DNA from: a virus
Lineage: Duplodnaviria > Caudoviricetes
IMG/VR virus record: IMGVR_UViG_3300035520_000781
Location: 1-64,000 of that record
Reading direction: 5' to 3' (one strand)
DNA: 64,000 nt
Below, piece by piece: positions 36,426 through 48,000 of the stretch (position 1 is the first letter of the stretch; the number at the start of each line of letters is the position of its first letter). The notes below the pieces were generated by a model. The model saw only the letters and a program-made list of their open reading frames with translations, searched no databases and was not told the origin of the DNA. The position numbers were made by a program, and so were the translations under genes.

Positions 36426-38590
36426 AAGTATTAAAGAGAGATGGTTCAGTTGAAGATTTTAATCTTGAAAAAATTATTAATGCAGTTGTTTTAGCTTATA
36501 AAGCCTGTGATAAGACTATTGATAGTGAAGTCTTAGGAGAGCTCAAGTATATTCACTCTGAGTTAAATAATACTGAAGTAAGTGTAGAAAATATTCAAAC
36601 AGAAGTTATTAAAATTCTCATGGATTTGGCTCCTTATGATGTAGCACTTGCTTATATTCTTTATAGAGAAAAACATAAAGAAACAAGATTTATAAAAGAG
36701 AGACTGGACTATATGGAAAGATATGCCAATTCTACAGATAATGCAGCTTCTTCATCTGAAACTGATGCTAATTCTAATGTATCAATGAAGAATGTTGCAA
36801 ATCTTGAAGGAGAGGTATATAAAACCACTAATAGAATTATTCAAAGGCAAAGAATGAAAGATGCTCTTAATAAGCTATTTCCTGAAGTTGCCAAACAATA
36901 TGAACAAGATTTAAATAACCATATTATATATACTCATGATGAGGCAAGCACTCCAGTATTGAAGCCTTATTGTATGGCTGCTACCCTTTATCCTCTTATG
37001 CTTGAAGGTGTAGGAAATATTGATGGAGTGACCCCATCTGCACCGAATGATATTCAATCTTTTAGTGGTCAGGTAACTAATCTTGTATTTTTACTTTCAT
37101 CTCAAGTTAAAGGAGCTGTAGCTCTTGGTGATTATTTCATTGCATTGAATTATTATGTAATTAAAGAGTTTGGACCAATATGGTATGAAAAGCTTAATAC
37201 AGTAGTTACTAATGAATATTTTACAGAAAGACATACTGTTGAGTATTTCATTAGAAAAGGTATGAAGCAATTCATTTATGGTGTAAATCAACCTGCTGGA
37301 AATAGAAGTTATAATTCTCCCTTCTCTAATATTTCTTACTATGACAAGGAATATTTTAAAGCATTGTTTGAAGAATTCTACTATCCTGATGGCACTAAAC
37401 CTGAGTGGAAAGCAATAGATACTCTTCAAAGAATGTTTATGAAATTACACAGAGAACTTAGATTAATTAAGCCTCTTACCTTCCCTGTATCTACAATTGC
37501 ACTTGTACATAATAATAAAGAGTATCTTGATAAAGATTATAAAGAGTTATGTGCTGAAGAATGGGCTAAGGGGGGAAGTTTCTTTTGTTATACAAGTGAT
37601 AATCCCACTTCATTAGCTTCGTGTTGCAGGGTCTTGAATGAAATTAAAGACAATACATTTAGTTCTACTACTGGAATGACAGGTGTTATGACAGGAAGCT
37701 GCAATGTAATTACTCTTAATATTAATAGAATTGTACAAAATTATTTTAGCTTCTTTCCTTCTGATTGTAATATAAATTGCTTCCTTTCAGATAAAAGTAA
37801 TGGCTATCCTTTTTTAAAGAAATGGCTTACTGAAATTCTTGAAAGAGTTTATAAGTATCATATTGCCTATAAAACTATGCTGTATGACCTTGAAGATAAA
37901 GGTATGTTGGCAGCATCTAATGCTGGATATATATATCTTAAGAAATTGTATAGCACAATAGGTATTATAGGTTATTGTGAAGCTGCTAAATTCTTAGGAA
38001 TAGAAGTAAGTAATAATCAAGAGTATAAAGATTTCTTGAAGGTAATTCTTGGTACCATTAAAAAACAAAATAAGATACACTCTATTCAAGATAAGAAGAA
38101 GCCTATATTATTTAATAGTGAGGCCATTCCTGGAGAGAATTTAGCTGTTAAATTCTATGAATGGGATAAAGCTGAAGGATATGAAGTTCCTAAAGACCAG
38201 AATTTATTTAACTGTTATTTCTATAATCCATGGGATGAAAATACTTCTATATTAGATAAACTTAAACTTCATGGAAAAGAAATATCAGAATTTACTGATG
38301 GAGGCCAGGCAGCTCATGTAAACTTAGATACACATTTAAGTAAAGAGCAGTACCTTAAAATACTTGACATTGCAAAGGATTATAGTACTAACTACTTCAC
38401 ATTTAATATTCCAATGAGTGAATGTGCAGACTGTGGTAATGTAGTTAATGCACCTATTGAAGAGTGTCCTAAATGTAAATCTAAAAAGATTAAATACTGG
38501 ACAAGAATTATTGGGTATTTAACCTGTGTAAATAGTTGGTCTAATGCTAGACAGGTAGAACAAAAGAAGAGGGTTTATTCTCATGATTAA
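36422..38590 (+). CDS. nrdD: anaerobic ribonucleoside-triphosphate reductase
   Basis: ATP cone VLKRDG, SCCR, Zn CADC/CPKC, glycyl loop RIIGYL. Confidence 0.96.
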   Translation: MKVLKRDGSVEDFNLEKIINAVVLAYKACDKTIDSEVLGELKYIHSELNNTEVSVENIQTEVIKILMDLAPYDVALAYILYREKHKETRFIKERLDYMERYANSTDNAASSSETDANSNVSMKNVANLEGEVYKTTNRIIQRQRMKDALNKLFPEVAKQYEQDLNNHIIYTHDEASTPVLKPYCMAATLYPLMLEGVGNIDGVTPSAPNDIQSFSGQVTNLVFLLSSQVKGAVALGDYFIALNYYVIKEFGPIWYEKLNTVVTNEYFTERHTVEYFIRKGMKQFIYGVNQPAGNRSYNSPFSNISYYDKEYFKALFEEFYYPDGTKPEWKAIDTLQRMFMKLHRELRLIKPLTFPVSTIALVHNNKEYLDKDYKELCAEEWAKGGSFFCYTSDNPTSLASCCRVLNEIKDNTFSSTTGMTGVMTGSCNVITLNINRIVQNYFSFFPSDCNINCFLSDKSNGYPFLKKWLTEILERVYKYHIAYKTMLYDLEDKGMLAASNAGYIYLKKLYSTIGIIGYCEAAKFLGIEVSNNQEYKDFLKVILGTIKKQNKIHSIQDKKKPILFNSEAIPGENLAVKFYEWDKAEGYEVPKDQNLFNCYFYNPWDENTSILDKLKLHGKEISEFTDGGQAAHVNLDTHLSKEQYLKILDIAKDYSTNYFTFNIPMSECADCGNVVNAPIEECPKCKSKKIKYWTRIIGYLTCVNSWSNARQVEQKKRVYSHD

Positions 38591-39065
38591 ATACACTGAT
38601 GTTAAAATTACATTTTCTGAAGTTCCCAATGAAATAACACTATGTATAAATATTTCTAATTGTCCTTGCCATTGTACTAACTGCCATAGCTCATATCTTG
38701 CAAGAGACATAGGTACAGAACTTAGCAGTAAAAAGCTAATTGGTTTAATAGAAGACAATAGGAGTGTATCCTGTATATCTTTTATGGGAGGGGATGCTTC
38801 TCCTTCTGAAATAAATTACTTAGCTAAAGTAGTTAAAATGGGCTATGATGAAAATATAAAAGTAGCTTGGTATAGTGGCAGACAAGAATTATCAAAAGAA
38901 ATTGATATTAATAATTTTGATTTCATTAAATTAGGCCCTTATATTGAAGAGCTTGGCCCATTAAATGTAAGAACAACTAATCAAAAGTTTTATAAAGTGA
39001 AGCATCTTACATCAGGAAAATCTAAAATGTATGATGCAACACATCTATTTTGGAAAAATGATTAA
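38583..39065 (+). CDS. nrdG: NrdD activase (radical SAM)
   Basis: CPCHCTNCH, MGGD. Confidence 0.95.
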   Translation: MIKYTDVKITFSEVPNEITLCINISNCPCHCTNCHSSYLARDIGTELSSKKLIGLIEDNRSVSCISFMGGDASPSEINYLAKVVKMGYDENIKVAWYSGRQELSKEIDINNFDFIKLGPYIEELGPLNVRTTNQKFYKVKHLTSGKSKMYDATHLFWKND

Positions 39066-39261
39066 AATTATAATCAATGAACATATGGAAGGTGACATTG
39101 CTGTACGAAGTACAGTAGTCACCTTTTTTAATCTTGTAATATTTAGCCAAAAGCATTATACTACAAATACTAATATTGTATCTGCTTTGACTACTAGTAA
39201 AAAATGTAATAAAGTAAAAGGATTCTATGAAACTAACAATAAAAGTAAAACCAATAAATAA
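39031..39261 (+). CDS. hypothetical protein
   Basis: Small ORF; start may be 39058. Confidence 0.55.
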   Translation: MMQHIYFGKMIKIIINEHMEGDIAVRSTVVTFFNLVIFSQKHYTTNTNIVSALTTSKKCNKVKGFYETNNKSKTNK

Positions 39262-39766
39262 TTTTGGTTACATTCCTGAAACATTAGCTAAAGGAGATTG
39301 GATAGACCTTAGGTCTTCTATGGATATACACTTGGAAGCTCCTTATGCAGGTACTTTAAAGAGAAAAACAGTTAAAGGGAATGAGCAGAGACAAAGAAAT
39401 GTATGTTTTGACACAGCTATGATTCCTCTTGGTATTGCTATGAAACTTCCAAAAGGCTTTGAAGCAGTAATAGTTCCAAGAAGTAGTATGTTTAAGAAAT
39501 ATCACATTATTCAATCAAACCATATTGGAGTTATTGATAATTCCTATTGTGGAGATGGTGATGAATGGAAACTGCCAGTTGTTGCATTTCAAGAAACAGA
39601 GATTAAAAAGGGAGAAAGAATTTGCCAATTTAAAATACAATTATCACAAAAAGCTACTATATGGCAAAAAATGAAATGGCTCTTTTCAAATGGAGTTAAG
39701 ATTAAAAAAGTTAAATCTCTGAGTGGAACTAATAGAGGAGGATTTGGCTCCACTGGTAATGTATAA
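39227..39766 (+). CDS. dut: dUTPase
   Basis: PRSS, GVIDNSYCG, RGGFGSTG. Confidence 0.96.
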   Translation: MKLTIKVKPINNFGYIPETLAKGDWIDLRSSMDIHLEAPYAGTLKRKTVKGNEQRQRNVCFDTAMIPLGIAMKLPKGFEAVIVPRSSMFKKYHIIQSNHIGVIDNSYCGDGDEWKLPVVAFQETEIKKGERICQFKIQLSQKATIWQKMKWLFSNGVKIKKVKSLSGTNRGGFGSTGNV

Positions 39767-39771
39767 TTTTA

Positions 39772-40260
39772 ATGGAATATATTAGTATAATTATTATTTT
39801 TATTATTTTATTTATTATAATTTATTCTGGGAAGAAAAAGAGTAATAAAGAAAAATATTGTATTTCCTTCATGGAAACCTTTAATCTTACAGATATACCA
39901 ATTATCACAATGTTTTCTGGAACAAATAAAATAAATTTTCTATTAGATACAGGTGCATCACAATCATTTATCTCTCAAAAAGCCTCTAAATATATTAATG
40001 GTATAGAAACTACTTGTGATTTAAGTCTTATATCAGCAAATGGAAGTGAAGAGTCTCATTGTAAAGTTGTTGAAACAATATTATCTTTTAAACATAGAAA
40101 TTTTAAAGTAAAACTAACTGTAAATAAAAATTTAGATACTGCATTTTTTGATTTAAAAGAGAAGAAAGGCATAACTTTACATGGAATTTTGGGCTCAGAC
40201 TTTTTCAATAAATATTCTTACATTATTGATTTTAAAAAATATGTTGCATATCCACAATAA
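39772..40260 (+). CDS. retropepsin-like aspartyl protease, membrane-anchored
   Basis: FLLDTGAS, GILGSDF, N-terminal TM segment. Confidence 0.88.
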   Translation: MEYISIIIIFIILFIIIYSGKKKSNKEKYCISFMETFNLTDIPIITMFSGTNKINFLLDTGASQSFISQKASKYINGIETTCDLSLISANGSEESHCKVVETILSFKHRNFKVKLTVNKNLDTAFFDLKEKKGITLHGILGSDFFNKYSYIIDFKKYVAYPQ

Positions 40261-42320
40261 TGAGTCAAATATATTTAGTTACTGAGCAATCACAGTTATT
40301 TGATAATAATAATTATAAAATTATTGGTGTGGAGGAGTCTTTAGAGCTCCTCTCACCTTTAACTGTGGTTGGCCTTGATACTGAAACTGAAGGTTTAGAC
40401 CCATATACTAAGAACCTTTTATCAGTTCAACTTGGATGTAATGATTTTCAAATTGTAATAGACTGCTCTACTATAAATATTCAACAATATAAGGAATATC
40501 TTGAGTCAGATAGGCTATTTATAGGGTGGAATTTAAAGTTTGATTTAAAGTTTTTATTTCATAAAAGAATAGTACCAAAAAGAGTTTATGATGGATTTCT
40601 TGCTGAAAAATTAATGTGGCTTGGCTACCCTGCTGGATTTCATTCTATGTCTCTAAAAACAGCTGGAGAAACTTATTGTAATATTGAGCTTGATAAATCT
40701 GTAAGAGGTCTAATTATATGGAAAGGATTAATTTCTGAAGTAATAGAGTATGCTGCATTAGATGTTAAATATCTTGAAGAAATAATGAATAAGCAGCTAA
40801 TAGAACTTAATAAAAAGGGTTTAAATGTTGCTATTGATTATGAGAATAGATTTGTCCTTCCTCTTTCTTATATGGAATATTGTGGTGTAAAACTTGATGT
40901 TGAAAAATGGAAAGTTAAAATGCTACATGATAAAGAACGAGAGGAATTAGCAAAAAATGCTTGTAATAAATGGTTTATTTCTAATATAACTCAGGATAAA
41001 TTTAAAGAGCTGTATAATAAGTATATTTTTGTAAATCTTCAAGGAGATTTATTTGAAGGTTTCAATACAGAGCCTCAAGTAAAATTAAATTGGAATAGTG
41101 CTAAACAGGTTGCTGAAATATTTAAAGCTTTTGGAGTTGATGTAGTTATAGAGGATAAAACAACAGGAAAAGGTAAAGACAGTATTGATGCAAAACAATT
41201 GAAGCCTCAGAAAGATAAATGTAGTTTAATTCCACTATATCTTGAATATAAAGAAGCTGTAAAAGTGACATCTACTTATGGTGAAAACTTTTTAAAACAG
41301 ATAAATTGTAAAGGTAGAATATGTACTAATTACTCTCAATTAGGTGCAGATACTACAAGAATAACTTCAGGAGGAAAAGACAAGACTTCTCATACTGATT
41401 ATTTAAATTTACTTAATCTTCCTGGTAATCCAGAAACAAGAGAATGTTTTTGTGCTGAAAACGGAAATAAATGGATAAGCATAGATTATTCAGGACAAGA
41501 AACTTATTTAATGGCATCCATAGCAGATGATAAGGCTATTATTAATGAACTCACAGAAGGCTCTGGAGATATTCATAGTTTAACAGCATACATAGCTTAT
41601 CCTGAAATTCCAAGAGATACAAAAATTAAGGACATTAAAAAGCTATATCACAACTACAGACAAGAGGCCAAAGGGATAGAGTTCGCAATTAATTATGGAG
41701 GAACAGCTGATACTATAAGTAGAAATAAAGGAATCCCTATAGAAGAAGCTACTACTATCTATAATAATTATATGAAAGGATTTACTGGACTAAAAAAATA
41801 TCAAGATTTTAGAAGAAAAGATTGGCTTAATAAAGGCTATATTCTCCTGAGTCATTTAACCGGACACAAAGCTTATATTTATGATTTTGACGAATTAAAA
41901 ACTATTCAATCTAAATTCAACAATGAAGGTTTTTGGAGTTATTATAGAGAAATGAAAGCTTCTTGTCCTGATTGTGAAACAGTACAAAATGTAAGAAAGT
42001 TTTTTAAAAGAAAGTCTGCATCTGAGAAACAAAGTATTAACTACCCAATACAAGCAGCTGGCTCAATGTGTCTAAGAGTAAGCATGATAAACTTCTTTGA
42101 GTATTTAAGGAAAAATAACTTATTATTTAAAGTATTAATTTGTGTTGCCCCTTATGACGAAATAAATTGTGAAGCTCCAGCAGAAATAGCAGAAGATATA
42201 GCAAAAGTATTATATAATTGTATGGTAAAAGCAGGCTCTTATTTCTGTACAAAATGTAAATTAGATGCAGAAGTTTCCAGAGCAAAAGATGGTACTTTAC
42301 CTACATTTTGGATTCATTAA
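40260..42320 (+). CDS. polA: DNA polymerase family A
   Basis: Exo LDTET/NLKFD/YAALD; DYSGQE, RQEAKGIEFAINYG, YDE. Confidence 0.96.
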   Translation: MSQIYLVTEQSQLFDNNNYKIIGVEESLELLSPLTVVGLDTETEGLDPYTKNLLSVQLGCNDFQIVIDCSTINIQQYKEYLESDRLFIGWNLKFDLKFLFHKRIVPKRVYDGFLAEKLMWLGYPAGFHSMSLKTAGETYCNIELDKSVRGLIIWKGLISEVIEYAALDVKYLEEIMNKQLIELNKKGLNVAIDYENRFVLPLSYMEYCGVKLDVEKWKVKMLHDKEREELAKNACNKWFISNITQDKFKELYNKYIFVNLQGDLFEGFNTEPQVKLNWNSAKQVAEIFKAFGVDVVIEDKTTGKGKDSIDAKQLKPQKDKCSLIPLYLEYKEAVKVTSTYGENFLKQINCKGRICTNYSQLGADTTRITSGGKDKTSHTDYLNLLNLPGNPETRECFCAENGNKWISIDYSGQETYLMASIADDKAIINELTEGSGDIHSLTAYIAYPEIPRDTKIKDIKKLYHNYRQEAKGIEFAINYGGTADTISRNKGIPIEEATTIYNNYMKGFTGLKKYQDFRRKDWLNKGYILLSHLTGHKAYIYDFDELKTIQSKFNNEGFWSYYREMKASCPDCETVQNVRKFFKRKSASEKQSINYPIQAAGSMCLRVSMINFFEYLRKNNLLFKVLICVAPYDEINCEAPAEIAEDIAKVLYNCMVKAGSYFCTKCKLDAEVSRAKDGTLPTFWIH

Positions 42321-42781
42321 ATATGTGGATTATGTGGAAATCAAAAAGATATAAATGTATTAAAAGTTACTATATTGAAGATGTGTGTTTTGCAAAAGAA
42401 GGAGACATAGTAGATATTTATAAAGACATTACTAATAATCTGTTTGAATTGCATAATACTAAAACAGGACATTATATAAAATGTTACAATATTCCCACTG
42501 AGGAAATATTATTGAAATATTTTATAGATGAGGAGCCTAATAATAAACTTGAAGATTCTGTATCTCACCCCAAACATTATACCTCACATCCTTCAGGTAT
42601 AGAATGTATAGTTATTACAAGACATTATTGTTTTTCTATTGGTAATGCTATTAAATACTTATGGAGAGCAGGACTTAAAAAAGATTCAAGCCTCAGTGAT
42701 AAAGAAAAAGAAATTGAAGACTTGAATAAAGCTATTTGGTATATTAATGACAGAATAAAAGAACTTAAAAATGGGAATTAA
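42308..42781 (+). CDS. DUF3310 domain protein
   Basis: VSHPKHY...GNAIKYLWRAGLK...EDLNKAIWY. Confidence 0.88.
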   Translation: MDSLNMWIMWKSKRYKCIKSYYIEDVCFAKEGDIVDIYKDITNNLFELHNTKTGHYIKCYNIPTEEILLKYFIDEEPNNKLEDSVSHPKHYTSHPSGIECIVITRHYCFSIGNAIKYLWRAGLKKDSSLSDKEKEIEDLNKAIWYINDRIKELKNGN

Positions 42782-42947
42782 ATTCCGTAATAAAACTAAA
42801 CTTAAAGCAACATTAGCTATGTTTAATAAACTTACAAGTTATTTATTTGAACAAGCTTATGATGAACTTGAATATTTTAGTAGAGAGCAAAAAGAAGCTG
42901 TTAAAAGAGCAGAACAAGCATTTCTTGAAGTTTTAAATAATAATTAA

Positions 42948-43199
42948 ATGAAAGATATTATTAAGTTTTATAGCACTACCTGTGGCCCCTGTAAAGCTAT
43001 GGGTAATATTCTTAAACAGTTAGAAGGAGTTAATATTATTGAAGCTGATATTGAGGATGAAAATACTCAAGAACTAATGGCTAAATATAAGGTAAGAACC
43101 ATTCCTACTATTGTTATTAAAAATTCAGAAAGTGAAGAAGCTGAACATACATTAACTGGTGTTCACTCTCTTGAAGAAATTAAATCTTTATTGTCATGA
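42948..43199 (+). CDS. thioredoxin
   Basis: CGPC, TIPT. Confidence 0.9.
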   Translation: MKDIIKFYSTTCGPCKAMGNILKQLEGVNIIEADIEDENTQELMAKYKVRTIPTIVIKNSESEEAEHTLTGVHSLEEIKSLLS

Positions 43200-43320
43200 C
43201 ATATTATATTGAAAATGCAAATAATGGCTGTATAGAAGCCATAGCTGGTTGTTATGAAGAGGCTCTTTCTATTCAGAATGACCTCTATTATGGTAATGTT
43301 GATACTTATATTAGACAGGT

Positions 43321-44250
43321 ATGAAATTAATTAATCCTTCTGTGGAAATTATTCCACAAAAACCAAGTTTACAGGGTGTATATGAACAGATAGAGAGAGC
43401 TGCTAGAGTTTGCTATAAATCTGAAGGCTTGATACAATATGATAAAAATGGTAATTCTACTACAGCTAAGGAGTTTGTAAATAAGATAGTAAATGTAAAA
43501 AAACACCGCAGTGTTGCAGAGCATGGTACTGTTTATTTAAAAGTTCCAATGAATATAGTTACTAGTGCTTTAGCAGAGTCTGTTTGGGAAATGCTTAATA
43601 ATAACAAGTGGACTAAACATGATTGTAATAGTAACTATTATTACTATAGTACAAACTATAGAGTATTATTAGAAAATGATGCTCTAGATGTATTAGAGTA
43701 TCTTTGTGAACCTACAGAATTTCATGAAAAAAGAGTTACTGTAAGAGTTAAATGTCCTATTTCAGTATCAAGAGAGTGGAATAGGCATAGAGACCTTTGT
43801 AAAACATCTGAAGAGGATTCTCAATATTTTAGTCCTAGTGAACAGAGTACAAGATATTGTAATTATAGTAAAGATAAATTTAATAATGAAATTCAATGTA
43901 CTATACCTTCTAAGTGTAATCATATGATAGAAGGTAATAGTTATGATTGGGAATTAGTTAATAAATATGATATTAAGCAAACTGAAGGTTTTTCATCTGC
44001 TGAAGAATCTTTAATTAAAACTTGGTGCTATAGTGAATTTCAATATATGAAGATGATAGCAGAGGGCTGTAAACCTGAAGAAGCTAGAGAGGTTCTTACT
44101 TTATGTACAGCTACTGAGGTAGTATATACAGGTTTTGTAAGTGATTGGAAACATTTCTTTGAACTAAGAACTGCTGAAAATGCTCATCCTGATATAAGAG
44201 AATTAGCTATAAAATTGCAGAAGCAGTTTAAAGAAAAGGACTTAATATGA
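43321..44250 (+). CDS. thyX: flavin-dependent thymidylate synthase
   Basis: HRSVAEH, REWNRHR...SEQSTRY, EAREVL, AHPDIR. Confidence 0.93.
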   Translation: MKLINPSVEIIPQKPSLQGVYEQIERAARVCYKSEGLIQYDKNGNSTTAKEFVNKIVNVKKHRSVAEHGTVYLKVPMNIVTSALAESVWEMLNNNKWTKHDCNSNYYYYSTNYRVLLENDALDVLEYLCEPTEFHEKRVTVRVKCPISVSREWNRHRDLCKTSEEDSQYFSPSEQSTRYCNYSKDKFNNEIQCTIPSKCNHMIEGNSYDWELVNKYDIKQTEGFSSAEESLIKTWCYSEFQYMKMIAEGCKPEEAREVLTLCTATEVVYTGFVSDWKHFFELRTAENAHPDIRELAIKLQKQFKEKDLI

Positions 44251-44555
44251 GAGCTTTTAATGTTATCATAGAAGATTTTAACAAAAAGGAATTCATTCCT
44301 TATAATGTTATGCCTTATTTTGAAAAGTGTTATAAAGAGGCCAAAGAAAAACCTGTAACACTTGAAGAATGTACTAAATTTATAGATAGTAAAGCTAAAT
44401 ATAGATTTTGGAGTAGGTGTGAATATGAAATAGTTCTTACAAGTTTTCCTTCAGGCAGGATTAAAGAAAAGATTGATGTATATTCACAAATAAAACTAAA
44501 TCTTGGAGTTATAACTGAACTATTTATGGAAGATTTAAAAATTAAAAAGAAATGA
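44247..44555 (+). CDS. hypothetical protein
   Basis: FWSRCEYE motif. Confidence 0.75.
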   Translation: MRAFNVIIEDFNKKEFIPYNVMPYFEKCYKEAKEKPVTLEECTKFIDSKAKYRFWSRCEYEIVLTSFPSGRIKEKIDVYSQIKLNLGVITELFMEDLKIKKK

Positions 44556-44905
44556 GCTTAGACATTTATTTATTAAAACATAAAGTTAAAAATGATGCTG
44601 AAGATTATAATTCAGATGATGAATTATATTGGGCCAATATCACTCATAATTTAGGTGAAATGGCTCATGTAGCAGGATTTTATAGAGCTTTATGGAGGCC
44701 TGAAGAAATGGGTATTACTACTGCTAAGGAGCTTACTCCTTATATAAAGAAAGGTATTATCCAATTAATTAAACATCCCGAAACTTTTAAAGTATACGAT
44801 AGTCCAAATGGCTGGGGAACATATGACAATTTCCTGCCGTGGCTTACAAAATTACTTGTTGAGTTGTATAAATATCCTGAAGCTTATGTTTATGCTTCAA
44901 GATAA
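44552..44905 (+). CDS. hypothetical phage protein
   Basis: ANITHNLGEMA...PNGWGTY. Confidence 0.78.
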   Translation: MSLDIYLLKHKVKNDAEDYNSDDELYWANITHNLGEMAHVAGFYRALWRPEEMGITTAKELTPYIKKGIIQLIKHPETFKVYDSPNGWGTYDNFLPWLTKLLVELYKYPEAYVYASR

Positions 44906-44923
44906 ATAGTTTATAATCATCAC

Positions 44924-44960
44924 TTAGGGAGAGACTAATACCTCTCCCTAATTTTTTTTT
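44924..44960 (+). terminator. intrinsic terminator
   Basis: TTAGGGAGAG/CTCTCCCTAA followed by a T run. Confidence 0.8.
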
Positions 44961-44987
44961 AACTTACCTAAAATTATCAATAAACCA

Positions 44988-45019
44988 TTTGGCTGTATTG
45001 ATAAAATTACTTACCTTTG
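44988..45019 (+). promoter_or_regulatory. Bacteroidota-type promoter of the RNAP gene
   Basis: TTTG and TACCTTTG. Confidence 0.7.
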
Positions 45020-45044
45020 CATTAAAATTTAACTAATCACCATT

Positions 45045-48000
45045 ATGAGTAAAACTTGTTATATACCTTTAAAAGGTGTAGATGATGTAATAGCAAATGA
45101 ACTTGGCTGGTCATGCAGTAATGATAAAGGAGAAAGAGTTCCTGATGTATTTAGAGTAGCCAGCTTAAGAGCAATGTATGATGAAAGCCATAAAACTCCC
45201 CTTAATGTAGATAATTTAGGGGAAACTATGAGTACACTTAAAGTTTTTGCTAGTGACATTGCAAAAGTAAATGTTTCCAAAATTAATATTGCCAGTAGTC
45301 ACTTATCCACATCATATGCTAAATTAAGAAGTTCTTTTGGTTATCAGGAAAGAAATGATAGAGTAGTAATGATAGCAAGTTACTTTTCTGCAGTTCTTGA
45401 TGATTTACAAAAAAGATACCCTAATGTACCAAGAAGAGCTTTAATTGAAGGATTTAAGAATAAAGATGGCATTCAAATAGGAGGACAAGCTGCCATATTT
45501 GAAGAAGTTTATAATAGACTACTCCATAATAGAGCTAATTATTATTTTGGAAGTCAACTCCAAAGCCTTGCAGCAGACACAAGAGAAACTTGTTCTAAAA
45601 GATTTGATGCTCTAAGTAAATTATTAACACCTGACATATTTTCATTAGTAGTATCAAGAGCAAGATTTGTTTTAAGAGACACTGAAGGAATAATCCTTGG
45701 TCAAACCTTAGATTATGTAGCAGATGCTAATATAGAAAATTATGAAGAAACCCTTCAAGAGGAATGGGATGCTTCAGAGTCAAAAAGAGAAGGTTGGCAA
45801 GAACATACTGATGAAACTTCTGCATTGGGTTCAGTTGGCCAGCAGGTTAGAAAGTTTCTGAGCACTATTCCATTAATGAAATATGATACAACTGGAAGTC
45901 TTGAAAATGGAGATGTTAAGCTGACTGCAGTAGAAGATACTGATGATTTAGGCTGTACAAGATATATTGACCCTGCATCAGCCCATTCCCAATTAATAGA
46001 ATTACTCAGAGGGGTACAGGATGAGGATGAGGTTGTATCAATGTTGATGAATGATAATGGAGAGCCTAAAGAATTATGGTTAGCTCCTGTAGTCAAAGCT
46101 TTACAAGAAAATCCTCAACTTAGAACTCAATTCTTTGTTGACTTTAAAAAGAACTTTCAGCCCTATTCTATATTTCAGGAGGACAAAACAAGAAGTAAAA
46201 AAGCAGGGTCTAAATTTTATATAACAAAAGTTATAAATAGAATTCAAGGATTTTTAAATAGCTCTTATACTTTTAGAATTACATCAGGAAAGAAGATAAA
46301 TAATTCTTCCATATTTAATGATGGTTCTGTCGGAAAACCAGGAACTGTTAACTGGCAAAATATGGCAGCACTTAGAGATAAAGTGCACACGTGGGTATAT
46401 GAATCTGATAGTACTAACTTATTTAAGCCTAATACTTCCAAGCTTCTTACAAAATCCAAAAATGCTGAAGATAAATCTGAAAAGGTAAGGTTTTTAATGG
46501 AAGTTTTTGCTGCTATGGGTATTGAAGCAACTTTACCAGCAGTAGAAAAAATTGTATCTTCTAATGATATATATAAAGTTCATAAGATATTAAGTGATTA
46601 TTTTGATATTCAAGGTGCTACTGGTATAAGTCTTGTTTTATCTAATGATAATGCTACAGCATGGGCAAATAAAGAGTATGATAAAATGTCTGATATGCCT
46701 TTTAAAACACTGTATAATTCCAAACAAAAGACTGCAGATGGAAAGGCAAAACTTAGAGAACATACAGAAAAATTACTTGACATAGTTAGTAGGCAACAAG
46801 AAGGACTAAGACTTGAAAATAGGTGCAGACATGGTGATAAAACACTATTTTCCGAGGTTGCTCCCTCATATCTTGGTGACAAACTTGAAAGAATTAAATC
46901 TTATGTTAGAACTAATAACAAAAAAGGACTAAGAGATTATTTACTTGCAGAGTACTGTGATAATAGCTTCTTTGCTGAAAGAGATGCTAATGGAAATGTA
47001 ACTCATGTTTATAGTTTTTGGGTACAAGCATTATTAGATTGCTGTGATACTCCTGAGAAAATTCAGCTTCAAGACACTTTTGCAGGGCAATTCGACTTTG
47101 AAAGAGATTTAGGTAATGTAGACCAACCTTTTGAGGATTTCACAAGTCAAACTCATTGCATTGACATGCTTATTAGATACCATGCTGATGCAGTTCAAAA
47201 TAAATCATTTAAAACTGCAAAAGAATGGACTGATTCAAGAGGCATAAAACATACTAATAATGTTAGAACAGCAAGTGCTTTATATCCAGTATTTGTATTA
47301 GGAGACAGTGGTGTTAGTAAATATGTAAGAGCTCCAAGAATTCAGGAAGATAATGGTAAATGGGGTGAAAAATCTAAAGAAAAGATAGTTGACCTTCTTT
47401 ATGAAGTTTTTAAACAAGAAGAAAGAAGGAAAATTCTTGTTCAAAGAATGAATGATAAACTTGCTTTAGATGGTCATAAGCCTGTCCAATCTTCTGATAA
47501 ATATAGTGTTTTGGTTTTTCTTAATGAAAAAGAATATCAATTACCTACTAATTATCAAGAAAGTGATGTAAAAGCAGTCATTAGAAGGTATATGGATAAT
47601 GCAACTAAAGAGTTTATCCAGAAAGCAAGTAATTTAGGTGTTTTAGATGAGCAATTAACTAAGGATGATAAACCTACTGGTAAGTTAAAACATTTAAATC
47701 AACTTGGTACCCCCCAAACTATTAATTCTGCTATTGAAGATTTCTTTTGGAACACTAAACTTGCAACTATAAATCAGTTGCAAATGATGACAATTGACCC
47801 CTCCTTCTACCAAAATACTAAAGATTTGCAAAAAAGATATAAGGAAATTCATGCTCCTGGAAGTAAACTAAGTCTTAAAGCCAGAAACATATATAAAGAA
47901 GGCAATCCTTATTTTAACTGTGATGAAAATGGTGTTCCCCAACCTGAAAGATGTGTTTATTTTGATGATATTGAAGTAAATGCTGAGAATGAAAATGCAG

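Noticed and set aside
36422-42320. Inteins or introns in nrdD and polA
   Set aside because: Lengths are normal and motifs contiguous
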